IMG/VR virus record: IMGVR_UViG_3300032315_001715
Coordinates: 62,001-126,000 of that record
Strand: one strand, 5' to 3'
Length of the DNA: 64,000 nt
Shown here piece by piece: positions 22,757-32,701 of the stretch. A model generated the notes under the pieces. The model was not told where the DNA came from, made no database searches, and saw nothing but the letters and a program-made list of their open reading frames with translations. The first letter of the stretch is position 1. Every line of letters begins with the position of its first letter. A program made the position numbers and the translations under genes.

Positions 22757-23002
22757 TCAAGCTTTTTTGATCTTTTCTTCCCAGGTAAACGCAAACATCA
22801 TGGCGTCCTCCTTTCTCTTGAAACCCCATACCATGCCGCGTTGCTCCTGCCAGTCCAGCGTCCACCATTCGTCCATTGGACCAATTAGCAAGGTGCACCA
22901 ATCAGCAACCGATCCCCAGGTGTGATCGCCGCCCAGCATGGATTCCTCAGCAATGCTGATGGTAAATGGAAATCGGGTGCCAGGTTTTAGGACTAAGCCC
23001 AT
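22757..23002 (-). CDS. small protein of the F..EDA..F..TW paralog family
   Basis: WGFKRKEDAMMFAFTW. Confidence 0.65.
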   Translation of the reverse strand: MGLVLKPGTRFPFTISIAEESMLGGDHTWGSVADWCTLLIGPMDEWWTLDWQEQRGMVWGFKRKEDAMMFAFTWEEKIKKA

Positions 23003-23109
23003 GTTAGGTTGAAGAGAACAGCATCCTCTTCCCTCTCGAACACCCATGTGTTGAACTCGGGATCCGCACGGCTGGGAGGTCCGGCCAGGCTGTGCCTCCA
23101 TCGGTACAT
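22993..23109 (-). CDS. 38-aa minimal member of the F..EDA..F..TW family (absent from the ORF track)
   Basis: GAGG RBS then MYRWRHSLAGPPSRADPEFNTWVFEREEDAVLFNLTWA*. Confidence 0.6.
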   Translation of the reverse strand: MYRWRHSLAGPPSRADPEFNTWVFEREEDAVLFNLTWA

Positions 23110-23181
23110 GTGTGTATCCTCATTGTGAACCTGCGCCGCATGTTAACACGGCACAGGTTCTAGGTCAAGGCCTATTTTAGA

Positions 23182-23412
23182 TTAACCAGACCAACACATG
23201 CGCCAAAGGGTATATTGGCTTTGTTCCTGGAACGTGATTATGGTATCACTTGGTTCGGGTTTACAGATCGGACAGTTGCGATCGAACCATTCGTCGATCT
23301 TGATTCGATTGGAATCCCACCATTCACAATCTATGATTAGGACGAGATACGGACCCCTCGGACCCCAATTGTTGTAAGACGTCCATCGCTGTTTTTCGAT
23401 GCTTTCTCGCAC
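23182..23412 (-). CDS. small protein, divergent member of the ..F....W family
   Basis: IDEWFDRNC..ITFQEQSQYTLWRMCW. Confidence 0.5.
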   Translation of the reverse strand: MRESIEKQRWTSYNNWGPRGPYLVLIIDCEWWDSNRIKIDEWFDRNCPICKPEPSDTIITFQEQSQYTLWRMCWSG

Positions 23413-23486
23413 TGATCATTCCCCAAAGCCAGCTGGGTGTATATTTACACAGCGTTAATTTAAAGCGTAGGCCAGATCAACACCGA

Positions 23487-23795
23487 TCAGGATTCTTCGA
23501 TCTCACATCGCAACGGATACTTATTGGTCCTAGCTGCATGGATTGTTTCGTCACGCTTCTGCGATGCAATCTCTAGGCTGTATGTACCAGCAACACCGCG
23601 TCCATTTTCATGTATAAGCATGGTCAGCTGGCTTGCAGCATCAAAATTCTTGTGGAATATCGTCATCAATACCAAGACCACAAATTCAACCGTGGTCTTG
23701 TCATCATTGTACAAGACCACGTTGAACTTGCTCGGAGGACGCATAACCACCTTTATCGATGACTCAATGTCAGTTACCGTGTCAGTTTCAGCCAT
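23487..23795 (-). CDS. clpS: ATP-dependent Clp protease adaptor ClpS
   Basis: FNVVLYNDDKTTVEFVV, IHENGRGVAGTY, YPL. Confidence 0.95.
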   Translation of the reverse strand: MAETDTVTDIESSIKVVMRPPSKFNVVLYNDDKTTVEFVVLVLMTIFHKNFDAASQLTMLIHENGRGVAGTYSLEIASQKRDETIHAARTNKYPLRCEIEES

Positions 23796-23838
23796 GCGTT
23801 GCTCCTTTAGTCTATTCTAGCCGTACGAGATCGGCTTG

Positions 23839-24327
23839 TCAAGCCACCCGGTTGGTTTCAGATTCGATAACCGTGTTGATTGCCTCGTGATTTCCAATGG
23901 TGATCTTTCGAGGTTTCATGCTTTCCGGGATCTCCTGATCAAAATCAATGGTAAGGATACCGTTGGCTAGATTGCTGCCGGTTACCTTGATCATCGAGTT
24001 AAGATAGAAGATCCTGCGAAAGCTACGACCAGCGATGCCCTTGTGCAGATACTTACGGACATCTTCCTGATTGACCTTGCCTTCGATGGTCAGCACCCCG
24101 TCGTGCAAGGTGATGTCGAGGTCGTCGGCTGAGAATCCTGCCACAGCCATGCTCAGGCGGTAGCGGTCCTCATCAATGCTTTCGAGATCGTATGGCGGAT
24201 AACCGGTTGTTGCCGTATTGCGGACCTGGTCCAGCATGCGGAAAGTGGGTTCAAAACCCACGGCAAAACGGTTGAAGTCGCGGAACATTTCCGCAACGGT
24301 ATTGTCTAGTGTGGTTAGGCTTCGCAT
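23839..24327 (-). CDS. ibpA: small heat shock protein (IbpA/Hsp20)
   Basis: GYPPYD, MAVAGF, YLHKGIAGRSF, NGILTI, PESMKPRKI. Confidence 0.93.
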   Translation of the reverse strand: MRSLTTLDNTVAEMFRDFNRFAVGFEPTFRMLDQVRNTATTGYPPYDLESIDEDRYRLSMAVAGFSADDLDITLHDGVLTIEGKVNQEDVRKYLHKGIAGRSFRRIFYLNSMIKVTGSNLANGILTIDFDQEIPESMKPRKITIGNHEAINTVIESETNRVA

Positions 24328-24400
24328 GGTGTTTACCTCCTTGAAAAAAGCGAAGTAGATTTAGGACCCTAGATAGGCGTCCGGGTTAACCGAAGTTAAC
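24325..24400 (-). promoter_or_regulatory. ROSE-like RNA thermometer
   Basis: ctacTTCGCTtttttcaAGGAGgta: the UCGCU motif pairs with the SD; preceded by hairpin GGACGCCTA..TAGGGTCC. Confidence 0.6.
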
Positions 24401-24440
24401 AACCGTATTAAACGATCGTTAACCCCGATATGTCAAGACC

Positions 24441-24749
24441 TTAAATGTTGGTCGATTCAGTGATCACCGAGCGGTTCACAACCTTTTCAAACCGCTTCGG
24501 TTTCTTCTTCTTTGGCGTGTCCAGTTCCATGATCTGGGCATACTTCTTCTTCCAACGAAGCTTTGCTTCGGCAAGCTTCTGTCGGCGGACGATCGAAGGA
24601 GACGTGAAATGCTTGCGCTTCCGCAGTTCCTTGTTAACCCCTTCGCTGTTCATGCGACGCTTGAGCTGCGCAATCGCGCCCTCGATATTACCATTGAAGA
24701 CCTTTACGGTCATGCCCTTCTTCCTGAGCACGAAATCGTCGTTATCCAT
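24441..24749 (-). CDS. rpsU: ribosomal protein bS21
   Basis: VKVFNGNIEGAIAQLKRRMNSEGVNKELRKRKHFTSPSIVRR. Confidence 0.85.
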   Translation of the reverse strand: MDNDDFVLRKKGMTVKVFNGNIEGAIAQLKRRMNSEGVNKELRKRKHFTSPSIVRRQKLAEAKLRWKKKYAQIMELDTPKKKKPKRFEKVVNRSVITESTNI

Positions 24750-24810
24750 GTTATCCTTGTTCCCTGGATGATATGTGTATGTATTTTTTACTGATAGCTT
24801 GGTGGTAGTG

Positions 24811-25386
24811 TCAAGCTTTCTTTATTGATGGGGCTATTACGGCCATCAGCATACGACCGTTCATCTCCGGTGGTTTTTCGATCTTGCATGGACCGAGTCC
24901 ATCGATAAAGCTTTGCATGACCTCAAAACCCCGTTGGGTAAAGCTCAACTCTCGGCCACGGAATTTGATCACCACCTTGACCTTGTTGCTGTCTGCTAAA
25001 AATTCTTTGGCGTGGTTCTGCTTGACCTCAATGTCATGCTTGTCTGTTACCGGACGAAGCTGGATCTCCTTGATAACGGTGGCGTTTTCTCTGGATTTTT
25101 TTTCCTGCTCTTTTTTAGCACGCTTGAGATTATACACCCATTTGTTTAGATCCACCATGCGAACCACAGGAGGTTTAGCGTCGGCGGTGATCTCGATTAG
25201 ATCTAGCCCTTTGTCTCTAGCCGTCCATAGTGCCTGCCTGGTTGGCATGACTCCGAGCTGCGAACCATCTTCGTCAACCACACGGACCTCTTGGTATCGT
25301 ATGCGTTCATTGCTAACGATTGCGTCCTTGATCGGATCTTCCGTGCGGCGAGGACCTCGCCTATCTCTTTGATAAAATCCACTCAA
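24811..25386 (-). CDS. infC: translation initiation factor IF-3
   Basis: NERIRYQEVRVVD, GLDLIEI..AKPPVVR, KEIQLRP, KVKVVIKFRGRE. Confidence 0.95.
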   Translation of the reverse strand: MSGFYQRDRRGPRRTEDPIKDAIVSNERIRYQEVRVVDEDGSQLGVMPTRQALWTARDKGLDLIEITADAKPPVVRMVDLNKWVYNLKRAKKEQEKKSRENATVIKEIQLRPVTDKHDIEVKQNHAKEFLADSNKVKVVIKFRGRELSFTQRGFEVMQSFIDGLGPCKIEKPPEMNGRMLMAVIAPSIKKA

Positions 25387-26636
25387 GATGCAGTCCCCTG
25401 TTCTTGATCATAGACCTTTAATGGTTCGCTCATATTTTCAACAGTCTCCCTTGTTATGCAGATTTTTTTCACGTTTTGTTTGGAAAGATTGGGTAGTTCA
25501 AATTGTACACCCAACAGGATGTTTTCGACAATGCTTCTCAGCCCTCGAGCACCGGTCTTGCGAGACATGGCCATTGCTGCAATGGCCTTGAGACTATCTT
25601 GGCTAAATTCGAGCCCGATCTTATCAAGCTTAAACATCTTTTGGAATTGCTTGACGATGGCATTCTTCGGTTCGGTTAACACTCGTATCAATGCTGCCTC
25701 ATCGAGATCATCAAATGTAACTATGATCGGTAAACGACCGATCAACTCTGGTATGATACCAAACTTAACCAGGTCCTCGCTGCGCACATCCTTGATGAAC
25801 GCCGCGTTGCTCTGCCGGACGGTTGGATCCTTAACCGATGCACCAAATCCAATAGAGGTATTACCTTCACCTTGCCGCCTCTCGATGATGCGATCAAGAC
25901 CTTCAAATGCCCCACCGACAATGAATAGGATGTTTTTGGTATTAATGGTAACGAAATCACCGTTAGGGTTCTTTCGACCGCCCTGCGGAGGTATCTTTAC
26001 TTCGCACCCTTCGATCATCTTGAGCAATGCCTGCTGTACGCCTTCGCCACTGACATCGCGTGTTACCGAGGTGTTTTCACTCTTGCGTCCTTTTTTGTCG
26101 ATCTCGTCGATGTAAACGATGCCTCGTTGGGTTTTCTCGATGTCCATTTCTGCGGCATGAAATAGTTTTGCAATGGCATCCTCGACATCTAATCCAACGT
26201 ATCCACTTTCAGTCAGGCTAGTAGCATCGACTATGGCAAACGGTACGTCCATGATCTTGGCAATGTTTTGGATGGTATAGGTCTTGCCCGTACCAGATCC
26301 ACCTATGAACAACATGTTGCTTTTGTCGATTTCAACCCCGTCGATTACTGGATTATTGATCCGCTTGACATGGTTGTAAACAGAGACCGCAAGGGTTCTC
26401 TTGGCATGTTCCTGTCCGATGACGTATTCGTCCAATCGAGCTTTGATCTTGCTTGGTATGATATCCTTTTCTGGTATTGCTTTGGGTGCATCCTGCCGTA
26501 TGATTTCATGGCACAGCATGATGCATTCGTCACAGATGTAAACATCATTACCAGCGACTAACTTGCTAACTTGCTGCTGATTCTTGTCACAGAAACTGCA
26601 TTGGTGATAGACCTTAGTGGTCATGAGACCGATCAT
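25383..26636 (-). CDS. clpX: ATP-dependent Clp protease ATPase ClpX
   Basis: CSFC..ICDEC zinc domain, GGSGTGKT, IDEIDK, RDVSGEGVQQALLK, IGF loop, TGARGLR. Confidence 0.97.
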   Translation of the reverse strand: MIGLMTTKVYHQCSFCDKNQQQVSKLVAGNDVYICDECIMLCHEIIRQDAPKAIPEKDIIPSKIKARLDEYVIGQEHAKRTLAVSVYNHVKRINNPVIDGVEIDKSNMLFIGGSGTGKTYTIQNIAKIMDVPFAIVDATSLTESGYVGLDVEDAIAKLFHAAEMDIEKTQRGIVYIDEIDKKGRKSENTSVTRDVSGEGVQQALLKMIEGCEVKIPPQGGRKNPNGDFVTINTKNILFIVGGAFEGLDRIIERRQGEGNTSIGFGASVKDPTVRQSNAAFIKDVRSEDLVKFGIIPELIGRLPIIVTFDDLDEAALIRVLTEPKNAIVKQFQKMFKLDKIGLEFSQDSLKAIAAMAMSRKTGARGLRSIVENILLGVQFELPNLSKQNVKKICITRETVENMSEPLKVYDQEQGTAS

Positions 26637-26669
26637 TCCCTTCTGGTTGTGATATTATGATAGTGGTAT

Positions 26670-28025
26670 TTAAAGCCACGACGGTGTCGTATTAACCGAG
26701 GAAACCGGTGGTTGTACACGATCCGGTTGCCCATTCTGTGGAATTGATACCGTATCCGGTGAAGGCTCACCCTTGACCAGCTCTGGTTCGATCACATCGG
26801 GCTCGAGTGGATTTGGGATGGTTTCTGTTGGCACGGTGTTTGTTTCTCTGTTAGATTGTGTTTCTCTAGAGGCTTTTGTCAACCATTCGTCCATGCTAGC
26901 CTTAACGATGTTTCTGATTTCATCAGCATCAACACTGGCGGTGACCTCAGATCGGTTGGACATCCATTTACCAATCGATTCGTCGATCAGTCTTGCTATT
27001 TCAACGGGCGAGTACTGTGGCAGCAATGGTACCGGAACATCAATCGGCGCCCAGGCATTGCCATCCCACCATCTGATTGGTCGTCCGTCAACCATAACAA
27101 GATCTCCGAGATTGGGTTCTTTTGATGGTAATTCCTCGATCGGCTGCCAATTAGCACCGTCCCACCAACGATATGGTCGACCGTCAATTGAAACGATTTC
27201 TCCCACAATAGGTCCAATGGGGGATGGTGTTAATGGTAACATCGGTTGATACGGAACGCTCGTATCATCGCGGATTTCAAGTTCCTGCCGTCGCTCCTTG
27301 GAAAAGCTGATGTTAGCTGCGATCAACATGAGAACGGCCAGTGGATCGAACACCAAGACCAACACAACTATCATCCATCGTATGGCTTTTTCAAGGTCAA
27401 CCTGACCACTGGTAACGAAAAATTCAGCAATATACCTGATCGGACCGACCTCACTTTCCAGCACACTGATCTGCTGTCGAAGCTGTAATCGTTGCTGCGT
27501 GAGATCGGCTATTTTTTGCTGCTCAGAATCCAATCTCTGTCGGATTTGGTCTCGTTCGGTTGTCTGCCGTTGCCGTGCGGCCAGTGCCTGTGTGGCGCGA
27601 TTGTTTTCTAGCTGTATGTTGATGCTGCGGTTTAGCTGTTCTAGCTGGTCTCGATATCGGTCGACCACCTCATTTGCTGCCGATATCTGGGTGTTAAGTT
27701 GTTCGATTCTCAATTGAACGGCGGTATTATTGAGATTTTGATCAACGTGTGCCCGGCTGAGGAATCCAAATATTCCCAAGCTGGTAATTATCATCAATAT
27801 AATCACGGCAGTAACAAGGTATCCTTTTACCCAACCGGTCACGATATTCCATTTGTGATAGAGCCAGCTGGTTACGACCAGCTTGCTGACTTCTAATATC
27901 GACGCCATGAATACAACCGGCCAGAAAGCGCTGGAAAATATGGTTGCTAGGCCGACGATTGAGTAATATGCAGCCAAAGTGCTTAGTGATATGGCGCACA
28001 AAAACAGCAAAGTGCTGATCTTCAT
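26670..28025 (-). CDS. membrane/coiled-coil protein with two RWWDG repeats
   Basis: N-terminal TMs (AAYYSIVGL), coiled coil, EVGPIRYIA, VFDPLAV; repeated DGRP.RWWDG..W.PI. Confidence 0.7.
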   Translation of the reverse strand: MKISTLLFLCAISLSTLAAYYSIVGLATIFSSAFWPVVFMASILEVSKLVVTSWLYHKWNIVTGWVKGYLVTAVIILMIITSLGIFGFLSRAHVDQNLNNTAVQLRIEQLNTQISAANEVVDRYRDQLEQLNRSINIQLENNRATQALAARQRQTTERDQIRQRLDSEQQKIADLTQQRLQLRQQISVLESEVGPIRYIAEFFVTSGQVDLEKAIRWMIVVLVLVFDPLAVLMLIAANISFSKERRQELEIRDDTSVPYQPMLPLTPSPIGPIVGEIVSIDGRPYRWWDGANWQPIEELPSKEPNLGDLVMVDGRPIRWWDGNAWAPIDVPVPLLPQYSPVEIARLIDESIGKWMSNRSEVTASVDADEIRNIVKASMDEWLTKASRETQSNRETNTVPTETIPNPLEPDVIEPELVKGEPSPDTVSIPQNGQPDRVQPPVSSVNTTPSWL

Positions 28026-28489
28026 TAGATCACCTGCCGATATTCGCCCTGGCTGATCTCGGTAAAGCCCTGTTCACGGTCTAGGAACTTGTACGAGGCA
28101 CATTGGACCTTGAAATGTCTATTAATGTAGTCAAATACCTCTGACACTTCGAACGGAGCGCAGCTATAGAGATCAAACTGCATGACGCTGTGTTGAGGCT
28201 CGGGCATGTTCCATATATGCATAGCACAATGGCTGGTAGTGAGGATCACCGTGGATGTAATGCCCTCGTTGCCCGGTTCGCCGCACCATGCCGACACTGG
28301 GTCAAGCATGACCTTCATGCGAACATGTTCGACCATACCTCGCATGAATTCGTTTATCTGTTCGCAATCTTCTGGTCCTGGTGGTTCGGTGATATTGGCG
28401 ATCACCAGAAGATGCAAATGAGCACTGGGCTTCAACGATTGATTCCTTTTAAACTCCGGAGATCTGTACCACGGAGATGTTATTTTCAA
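28025..28489 (-). CDS. speD: pyruvoyl-dependent decarboxylase (AdoMetDC/SpeD family)
   Basis: HLHLL, ILTTSHCAMHIW, FDLYSC, FLDR. Confidence 0.8.
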   Translation of the reverse strand: MKITSPWYRSPEFKRNQSLKPSAHLHLLVIANITEPPGPEDCEQINEFMRGMVEHVRMKVMLDPVSAWCGEPGNEGITSTVILTTSHCAMHIWNMPEPQHSVMQFDLYSCAPFEVSEVFDYINRHFKVQCASYKFLDREQGFTEISQGEYRQVI

Positions 28490-29594
28490 CTATAGCAATA
28501 TTAGCAATGATGTCAATAGGTGCGGCGGTGATGCTTTCGATCCTTGCTGCATTTGGACGATCGGAATATGCACCGTAGTTTTGTATGGTTGGATCGAACA
28601 GCTTTCTATTGCTAGCTATCTCGCTAACCAATGCCCGCGCAACCTGTCTTTTGATGGCATCGGTACCAACGTACAGATTACCAGCATCCGGCTCAGTTGG
28701 CCTTGCATAGGTATAGACCGTGTCAGGGCGCTCATATCCAACCGTAAATGTCACCGTTGTTGTGGCAACATTGGAGATGTTTCCGGTGCGGACGATATTA
28801 CCTAGGAAATTTGGTGTGGCGTTTTCCTCTAATTCCGAGGTCATCTGTGTCCAGCGCATATTAGCACGTTCTCTGGCCTGGCTATTAGACAGGGTGGTTG
28901 GATAGCCCCCGTGGTTGCCTAGCGTGGTTCCCAGGTTTGACACGGCGTTACCGCTGTTGATGGTCCAGGGTTGTCCGTTGATGCTGGCTAGTTGCAAGTA
29001 TGGTCCAGCAACGTATGCGGCCACGCTGGTCTGTGGTGTGTATGCATTGAGCTGGCTTGCAGCGCTGGCAACAGCACCCGTTGTAAACACGATGTTTACG
29101 CCGTTGATGGCGATGTTTGAATCAGTTGTAACCGATGTAAATGCGGTACCAATTTCACTCGGAGCATATGAGTATGTTGCCGGTTGCAATCCTAGCTTGA
29201 TTAACAGTGCCGTACCATTGCCCTCAGCGATCCAAAACGCCTGCCCTTCCCTAGTTGGCGCATTTTTCAGCGTGACATAAGTACCAGCAACGCTTTGATC
29301 TGCCACCACTCCGGTGAACTTCGAAGCAAGATTGATCTTGCTGAGAATGCTAGCTAGGTTATCGGTTGAAAGAAATGCTATCGAATAACCGTTGATCACG
29401 ATGGTCTCGTCATCTGCCATGGGAGTTCCGGTCACGGGCGAAACGCCAGTCACGCTAACAAGTCGATTGGTTCCCCAGGATGTTACTGGATCAAGCCCAC
29501 CGTTTTGATTTCCGGTTAATCCGGAATAATCGGTTGGACTGTTAAGCGTCCAGGTTACTTGATAATAGGTTGGGTTAAGAGAATAGGTGGTCAT
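28449..29594 (-). CDS. putative virion structural protein
   Basis: T/S/G/N-rich beta protein with repeated I.ING..I.F units; TAAATA at 29622-29627. Confidence 0.65.
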   Translation of the reverse strand: MTTYSLNPTYYQVTWTLNSPTDYSGLTGNQNGGLDPVTSWGTNRLVSVTGVSPVTGTPMADDETIVINGYSIAFLSTDNLASILSKINLASKFTGVVADQSVAGTYVTLKNAPTREGQAFWIAEGNGTALLIKLGLQPATYSYAPSEIGTAFTSVTTDSNIAINGVNIVFTTGAVASAASQLNAYTPQTSVAAYVAGPYLQLASINGQPWTINSGNAVSNLGTTLGNHGGYPTTLSNSQARERANMRWTQMTSELEENATPNFLGNIVRTGNISNVATTTVTFTVGYERPDTVYTYARPTEPDAGNLYVGTDAIKRQVARALVSEIASNRKLFDPTIQNYGAYSDRPNAARIESITAAPIDIIANIAIVENNISVVQISGV

Positions 29595-29661
29595 ATGGTT
29601 TCCCCTGCATGCAATTTCGATTATTTATGCAATCGGGCACCATATGACCACAAACACCTCA

Positions 29662-30492
29662 TCATACCTCTAGGACTATTGGTGTCCAGTTGTCGTTTTC
29701 TCCACGATATCCCTTGGCGTTGCAAACATAAGTTGTCGGTCCAATGCTCGCCATATCGCGTTGGTGAGTGTGTCCATAGATCCAGTATCGGATCTTTGGA
29801 TCCACGATGCTTTCCATGCGAGTGTTGGCAAAGCTACCATGCAGCAGGGTCCAAACTCGATCATGCGGGCGTTGCCATAGGAAACGTCGATTTGGGATGT
29901 GGTGGGTGACCGCCACCACCGGACCTTCTATCATTGGTATTTGATCACGGATATATTCCCAATCACGCACCCCAGCATCAAATGGTTTGAGATGGTCAGG
30001 TTGTATCAGTCCACGCTGCCATGGGATCGTGCGATCATTTAATACTTCGTACCAAACTTTAATCTGATCCTCGGTGCTATAGGGATCACCCGCACGGTAG
30101 TCGTGCCATCCGGTAGCACCGACAAAGGTCACTCCGTCGATCACCACCTTGTTGCGATGGAGGAAGGTGATACCATTGGTATCACTCCACCTCTGGTAGT
30201 GGTCAAGCATCTCGGGCATGTCGTGTGGATACGGCCATTTCTCCTCAAACTCTCGATCATAAACGCGGGTTTGGTGGAAACCAAGATTGTAAAAATCATG
30301 GTTTCCTGCCACCCAAACGACGTTAGTGAATCGTTGCTTGGCTAGAATCAGCCATCGGCTGGCTTCTCTAACATCGTTGCTGATGTCTCCGGCTACTACC
30401 AATGTGTTTACATCAGGGTCCATGTTTTCCAGGCACTCCCAGTCCCAGCGATTCAAATCGACGTGAATGTCTGATACCAGTGCGAATTTCAT
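29662..30492 (-). CDS. calcineurin-like metallophosphoesterase
   Basis: SDIH, AGDI, AGNHD, THH, GHTH motifs. Confidence 0.92.
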   Translation of the reverse strand: MKFALVSDIHVDLNRWDWECLENMDPDVNTLVVAGDISNDVREASRWLILAKQRFTNVVWVAGNHDFYNLGFHQTRVYDREFEEKWPYPHDMPEMLDHYQRWSDTNGITFLHRNKVVIDGVTFVGATGWHDYRAGDPYSTEDQIKVWYEVLNDRTIPWQRGLIQPDHLKPFDAGVRDWEYIRDQIPMIEGPVVAVTHHIPNRRFLWQRPHDRVWTLLHGSFANTRMESIVDPKIRYWIYGHTHQRDMASIGPTTYVCNAKGYRGENDNWTPIVLEV

Positions 30493-30551
30493 TCTACATG
30501 CTCCCTATGCAGCTATAGAATAGCACACCGCCAACATCGGGTCAACTTGAT

Positions 30552-31103
30552 TTACATTCTCCAAAAAACATGGGAACCCAAACGAATCTTCCGGGCCCTT
30601 GGTGCCCATCCCGGAACCAATCCGTGATGATGGAAATATGTTGATCCATTTGCGGTATCTGGTAATCGTCCGAGATACACATCTAGTGCTATTTCCTGCA
30701 TCTTGATCCAAGCATCATCCTCTCGGCGCCAACGCGGGCCTCGAACTATGCCTGCCCAACTAAACTGATACTGGCGGCGACCACCTGCCCATCCGTATTG
30801 GAACACGTTGGTGCAGATGTTTGATGAAAAGGCTGGATTGCCCATTCGATTAATTGGTACCCAAGCCACAGCGATCTGCTCGGCTCGGACGCCCCCTCGG
30901 GCTTCAAAATATAGATTCCATGCCAAGCACTCGAGATCGCGCTGCGCAGGTTCCTCTAACACAAGTGCCTCTGGGATGGTCAGTGGCAGGTGGTGCCGCA
31001 GGCTTGGGACCGCTCGATAATCAGCTCGAACATCCACTGGTTGTGCCTGAGCGACTCCTGTCATTAATACCCATAACACCGTGACAAGATATCTGACTCG
31101 CAT
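30552..31103 (-). CDS. SleB-like cell wall hydrolase (Hydrolase_2)
   Basis: CLAWNLYFEARG, INR, QFSW, GSTYFH, LGSHVF. Confidence 0.9.
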   Translation of the reverse strand: MRVRYLVTVLWVLMTGVAQAQPVDVRADYRAVPSLRHHLPLTIPEALVLEEPAQRDLECLAWNLYFEARGGVRAEQIAVAWVPINRMGNPAFSSNICTNVFQYGWAGGRRQYQFSWAGIVRGPRWRREDDAWIKMQEIALDVYLGRLPDTANGSTYFHHHGLVPGWAPRARKIRLGSHVFWRM

Positions 31104-31352
31104 TATCCTATGCTCTCCTTTTCTTAGTTTTATAGGCTCAGGAACGTTTATGTCAACGTATATGATCTAAGCCATTGATCGATAAGAATCTTATCCATCA
31201 AGAACGCCGGTTTTCACCACGAATTGGCGCGATATGATATTTAGAACTGACTGCGGTTATATAACACACAACAGAACTTAGGGCAGGCGAATGTGTCACC
31301 TACCCTGATAGTAGACATAACTATATATACGCAAAAAGATCGAACAGCAACC

Positions 31353-31802
31353 TTAATCCAAATATAGGCCACTATTAGCTGGATGTTTCATGACCTCGAC
31401 GGTTCGCACGGATACCCGAGATTCTAGATCTCTCTCGCACAACCAGCCCCGCACGCGGTGCCATATCGTCTCGGCAAATCGCTCCATCCCGACACCTGAC
31501 ATGATTCTTAGGTCAATTACTCCGTAGGAGTGAAGGCGCTGAAAATCAGTTAATCTAGGGTCGTCCTCAGCAATACATGTCGTATGGCTAAATGTTTCCT
31601 TGAGCCACGAATCGATTTCTTCCATATCATCCAGATCCAATGCTCGACCCGTTTCATCGAGCATGGTCACCGCAAGCACTATCTTAACATGCAAAGAATA
31701 ACCGTGCAGAAATCTAGCCTTGGATTTTGCTTTCCAATTGCGCCAAGCACACGTAAGTCCTGCGTTATGATCGTAGGTTTTGGTGGTAATATATTTTCCC
31801 AT
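31353..31802 (-). CDS. 6-pyruvoyl-tetrahydropterin synthase / QueD-like protein
   Basis: CAWRNW..LHGYS, LDETGRALD, FSHT, GMERFAE. Confidence 0.75.
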   Translation of the reverse strand: MGKYITTKTYDHNAGLTCAWRNWKAKSKARFLHGYSLHVKIVLAVTMLDETGRALDLDDMEEIDSWLKETFSHTTCIAEDDPRLTDFQRLHSYGVIDLRIMSGVGMERFAETIWHRVRGWLCERDLESRVSVRTVEVMKHPANSGLYLD

Positions 31803-31874
31803 GTTGATCTCCCTTTGCGTTATTAAACCGATGTCTTGACCTATAATCAATATAGCAAGCATACTCGTCATACC

Positions 31875-32101
31875 ATGGATAAAAATTGAAAGATACGATT
31901 GAGCTCGGAGAAAAGCTCAGCAACAAGCTGATAGCCTGCGTCACTGAGCTAAATTTACTGTTGCAGGAGGCAAACAACATCGGTCTCCATGTGATTCTTC
32001 AGAAAGACGAAATTTATGTCAAAGACGTACCGCTGCCAAAGATTTCGATCAAGAAATCGACATATCGAATCGAATACATCGACGCTGTTAAACCCGATTG
32101 A
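31875..32101 (+). CDS. hypothetical protein
   Basis: Short ORF divergent from the queD-like gene; start uncertain. Confidence 0.4.
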
Positions 32102-32456
32102 TCAACAACTATGGAATGATTATGTGTCTGGGCAACTGCGATTACCGGATAACAGTCGGTCTTCGCCTCCGGTACAAAAGCCGATATACCTGAAAAAGAG
32201 CCTAGATCTGCATGGAATGACCGTACAGCAAGCCTACCATCGTACCGAGGAATTCATTGGATCGCATCATCGGCTTGGGACCAAACAGGTTGTTATAATC
32301 TGCGGCAAGGGTGGTAGGATAGCATACGAGCTACCGCTATGGTGCAACCGATTTGGACAGATATCCAAGATCATACCAATCGTCGACAGCCGAGGTGAAC
32401 ACGGGTCGTATCGAATCGTGTTGAAAGTTAAAAATATCCGAGATTTTCCTGCATAA
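32016..32456 (+). CDS. stand-alone Smr-domain protein
   Basis: DQQLW, SLDLHGMTVQQAY, VIICGKG, GEHGSY.IVLK; true start probably downstream of 32016. Confidence 0.8.
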   Translation: MSKTYRCQRFRSRNRHIESNTSTLLNPIDQQLWNDYVSGQLRLPDNSRSSPPVQKPIYLKKSLDLHGMTVQQAYHRTEEFIGSHHRLGTKQVVIICGKGGRIAYELPLWCNRFGQISKIIPIVDSRGEHGSYRIVLKVKNIRDFPA

Positions 32457-32545
32457 TACCAGGTATGCAGATTTTTCCCAATTCTATGTTGCAGTGCAGC
32501 ATAGAATTCTATAAATAGTATGTAAGAAGAATAGGGGAAGATGAA

Positions 32546-32701
32546 ATGTGTCGGATTAAACAATACATGCGCAAATGGTGGGAAAACTTTACCATGAGCG
32601 ATGACGAGCGCTATCTCAGCAACTCACGCGACGCTGCTGATTTCGAACGGCGTCTTTATACCCTGATTCATCGAAAAAATACAAACCTAACAGGAGCATG
32701 A
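32546..32701 (+). CDS. DUF3563-like small protein (absent from the ORF track)
   Basis: TATAAATA at 32510-32517; ERYLSNSRDAADFERR motif. Confidence 0.6.
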   Translation: MCRIKQYMRKWWENFTMSDDERYLSNSRDAADFERRLYTLIHRKNTNLTGA

